DNA of 62,639 nt from Octopus bimaculoides. Taxonomy: Eukaryota. A program made the translations under genes and the position numbers. This document shows positions 1 to 12,827 of this stretch, piece after piece. The stretch's first letter is position 1. Every line of letters begins with the position of its first letter. The stretch lies in the NCBI RefSeq assembly GCF_001194135.2, contig NC_068983.1, forward strand, positions 94,528,686-94,591,324, read 5' to 3'. The notes beneath the pieces were generated by a model that was not told the origin of the DNA, ran no database searches, and worked only from the letters and a program-made list of their open reading frames with translations.

Positions 1-544
1 TATATATATATATATATATATATGTATGTTGTATGTATATATGTATATAATATAAATTGAACATGGGAGATCGTTGTATTCTTTTTGGTGTTGAGGTTCA
101 CAGCCAAACGGCTGAATGGATTCGCGTGAAAAATGGCACACATGTGGGGACTGGTGCATAGATTGGAATGCGGTTTCTATTTTTTCCTAGACCCCATACT
201 TAACCGAGAAAATCGATTAAAACTTTTTCTAATGGAATTCCCCTGTTTGTTCCGCCATTAAAACAACCAGTTGCTCACACAGCCGGCATACACCATTTCG
301 CTAGCAACAAGGCGAGTACAAGATAACAGTCAACCAAAATTTTCGCTAGGCTGTGTCTCTTCTTTCTCCTCTTTGTGGGGTTAATAATCTTGATCTTTAG
401 TTACAGTTTCTCATTCAAACTACATAATAGGCAGAATTGTCGGATTAAAACAGTAGTGTGTTTTGAGGGAGATTTCGCTGCTATTTCTACCAGGTCTAGC
501 TACCATGTAGAGGTCTGAATTTAATTTTCATTCACATAATTGCA

Positions 545-1365
545 TTTCAAAAATTTAACATAATTATCAACACAATTTTGCCATTTTATCGGTAGCTTAT
601 TTATGCCGGCAGCGAAGAATTCTGGAGAGCAAGAGGTGAGGAAATCTCGAAAGGCTGTTTTTGCATTTTCTTCAGATTTGAATTTTTTTTCCCTACAAAA
701 AAAAAAAAGTCTAATGCCTGGAAAACGTGATAGTCAGTTGATGCAAAGTCCGGTGGATGACAGAGTACCTCCAAGTTCAGTTCCTGTAACTTGAATAGCG
801 TTCTGTATGCAACATGTGGTTGAGCATTGTCTTGCAAGAGAATTGGCCTGTTTCTATTGACTAATCTCGGTTGTTTAATTGCAAGTTCACTCGTCATTTC
901 ATCCAGTTGTAACCGACTTACCAAGTCTCATGAAACTGTAGTGGATGACACCAGCGCTGGACCACCAAACAAACACCATTAGCATTTTTTTGGTGAATAT
1001 TCTTTTTTGGATTGTGTTTTGGCACTTCGTCTCTCTCCAACCACCGTACAGAACGCTTGCTGTTGTTGAAAAGAATTCATTTTTCATCACACGTAACAAT
1101 ACGATACAAAAATGGTTCACTTTTATGCCGTGACAGCAAAGAACTTCTAGTTTAAAGATGACGTGTCATTTAATGCTTGTTCAGTTCGTGTGGTACCCAC
1201 ATGTCCAGCTTCTTTACCTTGCTGAATTGTTTCAGATGGTCCAATACAGTTAGAATCGAAACATCAAACCTTGCTGCTAACTCACGCGTAGTTTGAGATG
1301 TATCCGCTTTCACAAAAGTTTCCAGCTCATCATTATCCACCTTGGTTTCAGGTCTACCACGGAGC
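545..1365 (-). mobile_element. Mariner (Tc1/mariner, DD34D type) transposase remnant, 5'-truncated and frameshifted
   Basis: Minus-strand frames give WVPHELN, IVTCDEKW-like, LLQDNAQPH, HPPDFASTDYHVF and GINKLPIKWQNCVD. These are mariner motifs (WVPHEL, HDNARPH, YSPDLAPSD). Confidence 0.9.
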
Positions 1366-1384
1366 TGATATATATATATATATA

Positions 1385-2280
1385 TATATACATACATGTT
1401 TCTGCTTCCAATGTTACACGGTATTGCCATATGTTACGAGAAAGCTCCCTGATGATAGTAACATCAAGGCAGTTTATCATGGACCAATAGCTGGATTACT
1501 ACCTCCCACTTTGAAGGGTATCCGTTTGCAATCCAGGAACAGGAAATATCAACCAAGTACCTGATGCACAAAATGGATAGAAATGCAGGTAAAGCCGTAA
1601 AATGTGACAATCGACGCAGACTTTGTGGAGTTCACACTGAAGATATCACCCACATCATAAGCAGTTGTCCGAAAATGTCAACACGGTATATCTACCGACC
1701 GATGAGACATGACGTTGTAGCTAGGACGCTCTATAATGAAATCCGTCGGAAAGATAATCCCGAGGAGAAAGAAATAAGAAGCCACAATATAATAGAAGCC
1801 GTAGCCACTCATAGTAAAAGGGAATACTGGTGGAACGTACCAGTGAAGACTTCAATAAAATGTAAGCACAACAGACCTGATATAATAATTTTGGAACAGA
1901 GAAGAGAAACTGTGCGCAGTTATGGAAATTAGCTGCCTAGCGGATATTAACATAAAGCTGAGATCAGTGAAAAACAGAACACCTACGCTGAACTATTGAG
2001 AAATCTGCAGTTACTCTATCCAGATTACAAGTTCAGTTTTATACCTGTAATTATTGGGCCCCTGGGATATGTGTAACACACTGTCTAAATACCAATCTTG
2101 AGAAATTAGGCTTCTCAAAACCAGAAAAGAGAAAATTCGAAAACTACTGACCCAGTCTATCACTGGAACTGTAAAATCTGTAAAACTTTCCAGAAGTTTA
2201 TCATTGAAATATATATGAGCATGTCTAGATATGCAACTATATACATGAAAATACATACATAAAACATACAAATCCTCACC
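1385..2280 (+). mobile_element. 3' fragment of an R4-like non-LTR retrotransposon with restriction-enzyme-like (REL) endonuclease
   Basis: Translation gives FAIQEQEISTKYL, a RLCGVHTEDITHIISSC zinc knuckle, RHDVVA, HNRPDIII and IPVIIGPLG. It ends in an (ACAT)n tail. Confidence 0.85.
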
Positions 2281-2311
2281 TACATACATACATACATACA
2301 TACATACATAC

Positions 2312-3035
2312 ATGATGATGGCTGCCCCCTCGTTATCGAGTATGGCCATTGCACGAAGCTTAACTTAACGGTGCTGTGATCGAATGTGACTTTTTAGCCC
2401 AGTCAAAGATCTACAATGTCTTGCACAGAGTTGGCATCCAAAACTTTTACTGGCAATAGCTGGCTGTTGTTGTAATTGGGCTCCATGTACCTTTGCATGT
2501 CATTTAAGTCCTCCTGCTGACTCACACTCCCTTCCACATGCCCGGCAGACATGATTAGTATGGTGTGTAGAATCATCACCAGCGGCCTGGTAGTCAATCA
2601 TCGGTCTTGCTTTATGACTACGAAGATGACTCATCAGTCCAGCTTTACTGAGGCACGGTCTTGCACAGACACTGCATGTCAGTGTCATAGGAAGACTCTT
2701 ACCATCTGGAAGTGCAACAACAATGCCCTTCCTGACATCCCTCCTTAATTTCTCATGTGCAATTCGTGATTTCTCAAAAGTAGTTGTCCCCTCATGCACA
2801 ATCCTTCTCCACCTGCCACGGTCAATAGCTATGCCTTCCCACGTGTTAGGAGAGATGTTGGCATCACTCAAGGAAACCTTCAGCAAGTCTTTATATCTCT
2901 TTTTTGGTTTATGTGGAGATCGTTCTCCTTTAGCTAACTCTCCATAAAAGAGTTGTTTTGGCATCCTTGAATCTTTCATCCTGACCAGATGACCACTCCA
3001 TCCGAGCCTTTGCTTCAACACAAGAGCTTCTACTT
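2312..3035 (-). mobile_element. 3' fragment of an RTE-clade LINE with a C-terminal C2H2 zinc-finger array
   Basis: RLGWSGHLVRMKDSRMPKQLFYGEL...KRYKD is typical of RTE/BovB. It is followed by CSVC..HLRSH, CRAC..(stop)HAKVH and CQLC..HIRSQH. The 3' tail is (ATC)n/(ATGT)n. Confidence 0.88.
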
Positions 3036-3139
3036 CTACATACATACATACATACATACATACTCCACATACATACATACATACATACATACATACTCCA
3101 CATACATACATACATACATACATACATACATACATACTC

Positions 3140-3176
<37 letters not shown>
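3035..3176. repeat. Compound (CATA)n/(CA)n microsatellite
   Basis: Directly visible; includes repeated CATACATACTCCA units. Confidence 0.95.
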
Positions 3177-3177
<1 letters not shown>

Positions 3178-3194
3178 GCCACGTCCACGCTTTT

Positions 3195-3308
3195 AAAGGA
3201 TGAAAGGCGAAGTCAACTTCGGCGGAATTTGAACCTAGAGCTTGAGGACGGATGAACTACCGTTAAGCATTTTGTCCAGCATGCTAACTATTCTGCCGAC
3301 TTGCCGCT
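3195..3308 (-). mobile_element. tRNA-derived SINE family A, 5' half
   Basis: Reverse complement of the family head (GGCAGAAT.GTTAGCA...GTTCAAATTCCGCCGA.GT.GACTT.GCCTTTCATCC) that recurs across the window. Confidence 0.8.
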
Positions 3309-3514
3309 TTATATGTATGTATATGCTTGTAAATGCATATATTCCTAAAAACTGTTTGTACATGAGTGTGTACGTACGTACGCACGTATGTGTGTATGTA
3401 TGTATGTATGTATGTATGTGTGTGGGTGTGTGTGTGTGTGTGTGTGTGTGAGTGTGTGTGTGTGTGTGTATTTATATATCAGGCTGAGTAAAAAGTAAGC
3501 TGGAGTTGATGAAC

Positions 3515-3982
3515 NNNNNNNNNNNNNNNNNNNNNNNNNNNNNNNNNNNNNNNNNNNNNNNNNNNNNNNNNNNNNNNNNNNNNNNNNNNNNNNNNNNNNN
3601 NNNNNNNNNNNNNNNNNNNNNNNNNNNNNNNNNNNNNNNNNNNNNNNNNNNNNNNNNNNNNNNNNNNNNNNNNNNNNNNNNNNNNNNNNNNNNNNNNNNN
3701 NNNNNNNNNNNNNNNNNNNNNNNNNNNNNNNNNNNNNNNNNNNNNNNNNNNNNNNNNNNNNNNNNNNNNNNNNNNNNNNNNNNNNNNNNNNNNNNNNNNN
3801 NNNNNNNNNNNNNNNNNNNNNNNNNNNNNNNNNNNNNNNNNNNNNNNNNNNNNNNNNNNNNNNNNNNNNNNNNNNNNNNNNNNNNNNNNNNNNNNNNNNN
3901 NNNNNNNNNNNNNNNNNNNNNNNNNNNNNNNNNNNNNNNNNNNNNNNNNNNNNNNNNNNNNNNNNNNNNNNNNNNNNNNNNN
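3515..3982. other. Assembly gap. Other N-runs: 4237-4246, 5902-5911, 19791-20035, 22768-23588, 31656-32609, 39521-39676, 45361-45764, 48458-49098, 55717-56373, 59008-59634
   Basis: Runs of N, nearly all flanked by microsatellites or repeats. Confidence 1.
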
Positions 3983-4214
3983 AGAGAGAGAGAGAGAGAA
4001 AATAGATCTGAATGCATGTATGTTCGCGTGTATATCAATGTGTTATTTTACGTGTGTAATATGAGTGTATGAAGGTGTTCGTGTATGTGAAGAGAGAGAG
4101 AGTTGCCATGTGTTTGTGTGTGCGTGAATGTTAGAATGTTTGTGTTAGTGCATGTATGTGAGAAACAGTGGTGGAGAGGGCAAGAAGTGAAGTGTGCGTC
4201 TGTATGTTAAAAAG

Positions 4215-4434
4215 GTGGAGAGAGAGGATGAAGAGANNNNNNNNNNAAAAGAGAGAGAGGGGTAAAAGAGAGAGAGGGGGTAAAAGAGAGAGAGGGGGTA
4301 AAAGAGAGAGAGCGGGGAGATGAGGAAGACACTGAGAAAGAAAAGAAAAGGGAATGAGACGGGAGTAGAAATAGAAGAGGAGAAAGAGAAGAGGTGAAAG
4401 ACAAGCGGAGAAAGAGAGAAAGCGAGGGAGGAAA

Positions 4435-4469
<35 letters not shown>

Positions 4470-4470
4470 C
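4215..4470. repeat. Polypurine (GA)-rich low-complexity tract
   Basis: Almost only A/G on the plus strand, with repeated GGGGTAAAAGAGAGAGAG units. Confidence 0.9.
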
Positions 4471-5569
4471 TTAAAAAGCGTAAGTTTGGTGTGAGAATGT
4501 GTGTGACTATAAGTGTGTATGTAGGCGATTATGTGGGCATAAGTGTAGTAAAGACTATGAGTATGTTTGTGTGTGAGAAAGAGATCACCCAGCCAGTCAT
4601 TCACTTTACACTTCGTGTCTTTTCAAAATACTAATGTGTCTCTAAATGATGTGTAAGTGAGTAAGCATGTGTGAAAGTCTCTGAAAGATGGTTGTGAATA
4701 AACATGTGTGCCTATGTGCATGTATGAGTGTGTGTGTGTGTGTTAGTGACTTCTAACGCACTCACTCATTCACTTTTTCAGTCATTCCATGTCTAGTGTA
4801 TGAGTGCTCGTAAATGTACGTAATTATATGAGAATATCTGTTTCAGAGATTTATTCACTAATTTGTGTATGAGTGTTCTTAAATTGTATGTATGTATGTA
4901 TGTATGTATGTATGTATGTATGTATGAGTATTTGTGGTAGTTTGTCTGAGTGGGTCGCGCGCGTCTGTATATCAGTTAATGTGCTTGTGGTTGTGAATGT
5001 ATGTGTGTGTGTGTGTGTGTGTGTACAGCTGCATTTAAGTATATGTGTGTGTTTGTGTGTTCATGTGTAGTTATGTTCGCCTCTTATCGTATTGTTGCTA
5101 CTTTAGAATTTTAAGAAAAAAAACAGAAAAGAAAATTGATGTCGCAAAAAAAAAATTAAACAAAAATATATTAACAAAGCAAAAAAAAAAGATAAAGATA
5201 AAAAGAAACCCAAATAATTGGTAATATTCAGTCATATATATTTTATTTTGTTTTATTTCTTCCCCCAAAACACCAACAAAACAGGATTCTTTAACGTATA
5301 TAAACTAAACCAACCATACAAGCGAAAAAGAAGAGAGAAAAAATGTAAGCAAGCGACAGACTGCGATCAATCCTGTAAAAAATACTTTCATTCTAATTTT
5401 CTTCTTCTTTTCCTTTTTTATATTTTTTTTTCCTTCCTCCCATACCTACTTCGTTTTACTGAAGAACCATTCCTTTACTTAGTGACACTTCCTTTCACAC
5501 TGTCGAAGACAACTTAAATAATTGATTCCGACAAACTATTTCTCAACACGTTTATCTATCTACCTTGAT

Positions 5570-5607
5570 ATGGCAAAGTCTATTCTACGCTGGTTTCTTT
5601 TGACTAG
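5570..5607 (+). CDS. Candidate first coding exon (MAKSILRWFLLT-, phase-2 donor), signal-peptide-like
   Basis: The ATG has a good context (gatATGG). Twelve codons with a basic then hydrophobic pattern end at AG|GTAAGC. A possible upstream acceptor is ctactttag at 5106. No downstream exon was identified. Confidence 0.3.
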
Positions 5608-5911
5608 GTAAGCAAATCGAGACACTTCTTATGTGAAAAGAAAAAAAAAAAAAAGGAAAAAAAAAAGAAAATCCCAAATAATTCTTGATCCTATTTTTTT
5701 CTTTTCTTTATTTATTTAATTTTTAGCGGGGGGGTAGGTGGATGGTGGGAAAAGCGGCAGAAGCATATTTGTTGTTGCATTATTGATGTTGTTATTGAAG
5801 ATGATAATAATTATGTTGATTATTGAAGAAGTCGATGGTGGAGAGATTGTATAACAATGATTTTTTTAAACATACGATTTAATTTCAAAAGATACTTATC
5901 TNNNNNNNNNN

Positions 5912-6210
<299 letters not shown>

Positions 6211-6212
6211 TA

Positions 6213-6415
6213 AGGTGGTGAGCTGGCAGAATCGTTAGCACGTCGGGCGAAATGCTTAGTGGTATTTCACCCGTCGCTACGTTCTCAGTTCAAATTTCGC
6301 CGAGGTCGACTTTGCCTTTCATCTTTTCGGTGTACCAGTTATGCAATGGTGTCGATGTAATCAACTTAATCCCCTCCATCAAGCTGCCCTTGTGGCAAAA
6401 GTTTGAAATCATCAC
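6213..6415 (+). mobile_element. tRNA-derived SINE family A, near full length
   Basis: A-box-like GAGCTGGCAGAATCGTTAG, B-box-like GTTCAAATTTCGCC, central GCCTTTCATC..., 3' TGTGGCAAAAGTTTGAAA. Confidence 0.88.
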
Positions 6416-6416
6416 T

Positions 6417-6464
<48 letters not shown>

Positions 6465-6588
6465 TACAACAAAAATGTTCATTTTCGCCTAATGAAAAGA
6501 ATTTCCTAAGTTTACCTATGAAAAGATTTCATTCATTTCAGGAGTAACAAAAAAAACAAAAACGTGTGTGTGTGCTCGTGTTTTTGCA

Positions 6589-6621
<33 letters not shown>

Positions 6622-6965
6622 TTCTCTATCTATCTATCTATCTATATGCATATAACAGAGTTATTAGTTATTATCAATCCGAACAAAACACTTTATAAGC
6701 TCTCTGTTAGTACACCAGGCTAACAGTATTATTTAGATTAGTAAAGATCTCTGCGATCCATGGTTGTGTTCCAGTTATTACTGGTTTTTACACAGATTGA
6801 TATATAAGACAAGGTATACATAATGGTCAATGTATGTTCTTCTTTATTGTAGTAGATTTGACTTACAACTGCTTCCAGTACACAAACTACCGGAAACAGC
6901 TGTAAGTCAAATTTACTAGAATAAAGAAAAATATATAATGAGCATTATTTATGCCACGTCTTGTG

Positions 6966-6996
<31 letters not shown>

Positions 6997-6997
6997 T

Positions 6998-7048
<51 letters not shown>

Positions 7049-7060
7049 TATGAATGGACG

Positions 7061-7230
7061 CACTAAAGTAGCTAGGTGGGGGCGGTAGGGGCGGCCCGCC
7101 CCGGGTGGCACTTTTAAAGGGGCACCACTTTGGGATCTGCTGTAGGCAATATATATATATTTTTTTTGTGGGGTCCGGGCGCGACAAACGGAAGGGCCGC
7201 CCCGGGCGGCACACACTAGCTATGCTAGTG
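7061..7230. mobile_element. GC-rich hAT-type MITE (170 bp)
   Basis: Imperfect TIRs CACTAAAGTAGCTAG / CTAGCTATGCTAGTG. The 8-bp flanks AATGGACG / GATGGACA match at 6 of 8. Internal repeat CCGCCCCGGG(T/C)GGCAC. Confidence 0.7.
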
Positions 7231-9072
7231 GATGGACAGATGGAAAGATGAATGAATGTGTGGATGGGTAGATGTATCTATATGAGTATCTGTGTGTGTG
7301 TGTGCGTGCGCGCACGCTATTCTCTCTGTAAACCTAATTTATGCGACTTCTTCAAACTTCGATGTCGAAATTTTGTTTTAAAATGTAAATCCCGTTAAGT
7401 AAAAAGTTCTATGGACAGTAGAGCCTTATATCGATTTGTATTTTTGGTGGAGTAAATCAAATGCATACAGAGGTGAGAAAATAGTAAAACTTTATTACTA
7501 AAATTGTTTTAACAGCAACTGTTAACTCTATGCAATCAGCTGATCTCTCTCTCTCTCTCTCTCTCTCCCCCTCTCTCTCTCACACACACACACCCACTCG
7601 CTCTTTCTCCCTCTCTCTTTCTCTCATTCATTCAGTTATTCATTCACTGCAGTCATTCATTAATTTTCTCGTTCGTTTATTTGTTTATTTAACCATGTAT
7701 ATATTTGAAGGACTTGAAATGTTAATAGAACTGTTTTCCGTTATATATCAATCAGTAGTTTAATAATCAAAAAAAAAAATTCTGTGCTTTATTATTTGTT
7801 ATCTTTTGGCGTTAATTTTCTTCGTTTTATTCTCATTATCGTTTGTTTGTTTTATTTGTCATTTCTTGGTCTTTTGGTTAAGATAAGATCAAAGTAGAAA
7901 GTTATTTACATTCTCAAGTCAATTACAGTTCAGGCAACGTCAAATTCTACTTGCTTAAATAGCTGTCCTCGGACTGATAACACTAAACACCGAATAGTTC
8001 TTCAATGATGTCACGCTGCTCATTCATATCTCTTAACGTCTGTACGCTTCTCCTACTGTCAGCTCTTCACGTTTCGCTTGTACTTTCTCTGGTCATTCAC
8101 TAGTCATCTCTCCACAAAATTTACAGAAATTCATGCTGTCGGGTTGGTCAAGAGACAATCAGAAGATGAATTCCTGCCAGAATGCCCGTTGTTTGGGTAT
8201 CATTTGAATTTCCAATTATTTTTTATGCTCTTTGTATTGAATTAGCATAACTGTTGTTTTCAGGCGGATGGTGTCTCTGAATTTAATCTCTACACAAATC
8301 TGTTTTCTTACATCAACTAATATATGACCTGATGTAAATGTTTACTCACTAAGTAGAGATTATCTCATTAATTCGGCAAATACGGTGGATGCTTAACTTC
8401 GCTGTTAAGGACATAATAAGACAAAAACCTTCTAGAATTATCTCCCATACTTGCCGAAAAATTAAAACTGTAATAGACATTGATTAATATTTTTCTTTAT
8501 TATTTAATTATTTCTAGTTGGCTTTTTAATGCTCCGTGCATTAAATATGTTACCAATTTCGACAATTCTTTTCGGAGAACATTCTAATAAACTGTACGGA
8601 AAGTAAAAAAAAAAACACAATCGGTTTGAGATTTGGTTTATAAATTTTTTATGAGTTTTAAGACATCAATAAAGGAATATTATCGAATTAGAGATTAATT
8701 TCGCTTTGTTGGGTCGTTTCTGTGACTTTTCGAAGTCTTTTATAAATTAATTATGTTAATCTTATTTTCTCCATTTATTCCATTCTTCACTCTATTAATT
8801 ATTGCTTGTTATGTTTCTAACAATACGGTATTTTTACATTATAATATTCTACAATATCTGATGTGACATTTTACATTATCTGCTGTTAAATTATTTAAAA
8901 GAAATCGATACCTTTTGACGCAAATAAATGCTATCTAACAAAGGTACAACTGGCCTTTAGCCAGCAAATATATTTTTACTCACAAACACTGGTCAAAGAA
9001 TTTATTTTCAGTCTTTTCAAGCATAATGATGTACTGAAGTGCTTCAAGGTGATAGTAATATTTCAGCTTCTT

Positions 9073-9345
9073 AAGACGGAGAGCTGGCAGAGTCGTTAGA
9101 AACGGTGGACGAAATACTTAGCGGTACTTTGTCCGTCTTTACGTTTTGAGTTCGAACTCCACCGAGTCTGCATTTCATCCTTTCGGGGTCGATAAAATAA
9201 GTACCAGTTGAGCACTGGGGTCAATATAATCGACTTGCCTCCTCCCTTGAACTTGTTGGCCTTGTGCCAAAATTTGAAACCTTTTCAAGGTAGCGAGCTG
9301 ACAGAATCGTTAGCACGGCGGGAAAAATGCTTAGCGGCATTTTTG
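9073..9345 (+). mobile_element. SINE family A full copy plus a second truncated head
   Basis: Same A/B-box head and GCATTTCATCCTTTCGGGGTCGATAAAATAAGTACCAG body. The second head starts near 9288. Confidence 0.88.
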
Positions 9346-9419
9346 TTGTTGTTTCTGGTGTTACTTCAGTGCTTTGTCTGTGCGCTGTGTCTATTGTATT
9401 ATGATATCTGGAGGCAATT

Positions 9420-10205
9420 GAGTATAACATGAGTTGTATGAGTTGAGGAGGCTGTCGTGTTATTGTGTCGAATGTCGGATATACAGAAGAGTTGTTGTGT
9501 TTGTTATTTTATTAATTGGTTATTGTAACGGCGATAATGGATTTTTTATATTAAGAGAATTGGATGCTTTGCCTGTTTGAGATAAGCTCTATAGTTATGG
9601 TTGTTTTGGAGCTGCTAGCTACCAAACCTGTCTGAGATGCGTATAGGATGACGAAATCGCCCGGTACATACTCGTTCTGTGTCTGTGCATTACTGGAATG
9701 TAGGTTTATATCTAATGGCTGAGGGGGATCATGGAGTTTGATTCATCACCTTCTTTTGATAAAGAAGAGCGGGTAGTTTTTCTTAGTTCTGCCAGGAAGC
9801 TGTGGTGAAGAAAGCTGTGTAGTGGATGCTGTTGAATGGTTTGGAGACAGCTTTTCCTCTACACCAAACCGTCATCAACTTTTACAAGGATTAATACAAT
9901 TTAAAGAGGTAAGTAAGAGAGGAGGAAGCTGCTCGTCATTAAATTTTCTGAACGGACGTAGATGAGAATGGCTAAATTGGTGTGATTAAAAGGTCTAGTC
10001 TAACTATACAGATGCAGGCTGTTAGAAAGATCTAGGAGAAGGTACTTTACTTCCGTGTTTCTGGGTAATCTGAAACGTGTTGTGGGTCTGCTCCCATAAT
10101 CACTCTATGTGACTGGCTCCCCCTTTCAGTTAGGGGATCCTTGTTATTCTGCTGTTCTATATAATGTCAGCTGTTTGATAATGTCTTCACTCATGGGCAA
10201 CCCGC
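9420..10205 (-). mobile_element. Heavily decayed LINE reverse-transcriptase fragment (I/Jockey group)
   Basis: Minus strand gives RPFRKFN..., AVSKPFNSIH (like DxSKAFDxxxH) and ILYAS (like YADD), with many stops. C/A-rich coding bias resembles 46750-48245. Confidence 0.5.
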
Positions 10206-10369
10206 AGCTTGCAGAACCTTCTGAATGGCAAGTCCAATAAAAAATTGCCTTCAATGTTTTTTAGTAGTGCAGTTCACCTGATGGCTCATACCTACTTTAT
10301 CGTATTGTTCATTTTCCTCTTTTACTCGATTAGATCCCCCACTGTTTGTTATTTGTTAGTTTTCTCTTG

Positions 10370-10722
10370 TGGACTGCAAGAATCGTTAGATATTGGACAA
10401 AATACCTTGCGATATTTTTTTCTGGTTCCTTATATTCTGAGCTCAAATCCCGCCGAGATCAACTTTCTCTTTCATCCTTTCCTCTCCGGGAGGATAAATA
10501 CCGGCACTGGGTTCGATTATATCGACTGATCCCAGAATCGTTGGCACACCGGGCGGCATACTGCTCAGCATTTCGTCCGATTTTACGTTGTAAGTTTAAA
10601 ATCCGCTGAGATCGATTTTGCCTTTCCTCCTTTCGATTTTGTTGAAATAATTACCAGTCAAGTACTGGGGTTGCTCTAATTGACTAGCTCGCTTCCTCAA
10701 GATTTCAGGCGTTGTGCCTATA
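10370..10722 (+). mobile_element. Two tandem diverged SINE family A copies
   Basis: AGAATCGTT heads at ~10378 and ~10534, each followed by degenerate B-box and CTTTC(A/C)TCCTTTC blocks. Confidence 0.75.
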
Positions 10723-10724
10723 GG

Positions 10725-10759
<35 letters not shown>

Positions 10760-12790
10760 GTTTAACACAGCAACATCGCTGGAAAATGTAACTGTCAGTT
10801 ATTCCCGACTAGTGAACTGAGGCAACGCTCTTCATTCAGATTTCGAGAATTCTGCAGACGATTCGTGTAGTTCCAAGTAACAGTTTTCTCTGGATACTCT
10901 GTCTTCACATTTACCCCAGTCTTTTCAATTTTTTTTTTCTAGTTTGGTACAAGTTCAGTGACTAGTCTTTTTATCTCCCATTTCAAATCATCATATCTGG
11001 CCCTTTTCTCTTCCTTTTCCGATATTCTGTCATCACCAGGGCATGCAATATCTATTAATATTAAGCAAGGCTTTCCTCTTTATACACAACCTCTTTGTCC
11101 GGCTTTCGCTATTCAGTTTTACGATCACATTGAATCATCATTACATCTCACACATTCCTATTACCTTGTCATTCTCAATTATTCCTCCTGGAACTTGCCT
11201 ATACAACATCTTTGCTCAGTTCAATCTATATTTGCCATACAGCTCCCAAGAATTATCGTCTCTTTTGTATTCATTTTGGGCCAGCTTCACGCACTTATTC
11301 ATATTCCGTGCAGTCTCACCTTTATCACCGCACAACCTACACTTTCAGCTGTGTTGTCAGGTCTGCATTTGATATAATTTGTCCTAAGTGCTTGTTCCTG
11401 CGCAGAACAGATAGGAGCTTCTATCTCTGACTCACCCTTAATCAATGCCACCTTCCATCGGTGTCTGTGTTTCTCTCGCCTCTCTCGCAGACAGCCTGCA
11501 CATCTTTTAACCATTCTATTTTCTACGTTTTCTCGATTTTTTCCTTCTTTGTACTCCTCTATCGTCATACAAGTATCTATCCTTATCAGGTATTTTCCCC
11601 TACAGCAGCAAGGGTTCTATGACATCCTTAATATACCAGTCCAAGTTATTTTATTATAAGCATATACAACTCGACCAACATTTGTGTTTGGTTATATACA
11701 GCCTGTCAATATCGCTCTTGAGGTGGAATGCTCTTTACATTGTGAACGGCTTACTCGATTTTTAGTCTAGCTTTAGTAATTCGTCTTTTCTCCAGTTGAT
11801 AAAACCTGCACTATATCTCAATAATGCAATCGTTCATATATTGATTGCTTGAAACTTATTCCTTTTATTCAATTTTGACTGCAGCACCAGTCTAGATCTT
11901 CGAGATAATCTTGCGTAAAGCATTTCTTTATTTCTTTTTCCATCGCTTCATTCACTTCCAACATACCCAAATATTTATACCCAGTATCGTCAATCCTTTT
12001 CATGATTTCTTTTGATGGTACTTCTATACCTTCAAGTGTGTCAGTCTGTTAACTTTCCTTTTCGTCGGGAATGTTACTCAACATTTTTTAAAACCAAATT
12101 CCATTTTGATTTTCTTGCTGATGCAAGACCTGAGTTTACTAAAGAACTGATTTGAGCTTCGACCTTACCATGCAGCTTGAAATCATTCATGAGTTATATA
12201 TAGATGGTCCTTTGCGGTTTTCCTGTAAAGTCAGATTCAGATGCCATTTTTTTTTCAGTCGCAGTATTAAAGGAGTTATGCATAAAACAAAGAATAAAGG
12301 AAACAGTATCCTTGAAAAATTTCTCTCTTGATTCTTAATGTTCCTAGGTACATTTCTTATGATATGAGCTCAGTCGTCCAACTTTCCATGCTTTTTCTCT
12401 AAAAACCTCTTGTCATTCTTTGCAATTGCAACTGAATGTTCAAACATTCAATGTTCTGTTATGGCACCCATCAATATTCTTCTTTTCCATCATGGGTCTT
12501 TGTTTGGTATTTCGTACTATTAGTTCCTTCATTGACTTTTAGTCTCAGGTTTTTCGCAGCATCTTTTCTAGTTGCCTTGATAAGCCTATCGGTTTCTGTT
12601 ATGTTGTATATTTTTCAATGCTTCAAAATTTTATTATCTTTCGTTGTTTTTTTTTTTTTCATCCAATTTCCACTGATCAGTTGTTTTCAAATCACACATT
12701 CTATATGTTGAGAATTTATTAACTCCAACACCCTATTAATTATTATTTCATCATCCTCAGTTAGCACTCCACCTGTAACTATATTTTGTT
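10725..12790 (-). mobile_element. R4-like REL non-LTR retrotransposon, 5'-truncated and decayed
   Basis: KIKMEFGF, GYKYLGMLE, FHLKSDIDRLYI, SAQEQALRTNYIK, LCGDKGET..KCVKLAQNEYKR, RKPD, LIDIACPGD, LLGTTRIVCRILEI*. The tail abuts a (CAT)n repeat. Confidence 0.88.
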
Positions 12791-12827
12791 GATAAAAAAG
12801 AATACTTTAATGTCATTATAATTTCGT

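Noticed and set aside
6213-6310. tRNA-like A/B boxes in SINE heads (also 23589-23646 and 49455-49530)
   Set aside because: No complete cloverleaf, and each continues into a repeated SINE body, so they are not tRNA genes.
7900-8340. Unique-looking segment with an acceptor-like tttttcag near 8263
   Set aside because: Stops occur in the frames tried, including the continuation of the 5570 exon, and no motif was recognised.
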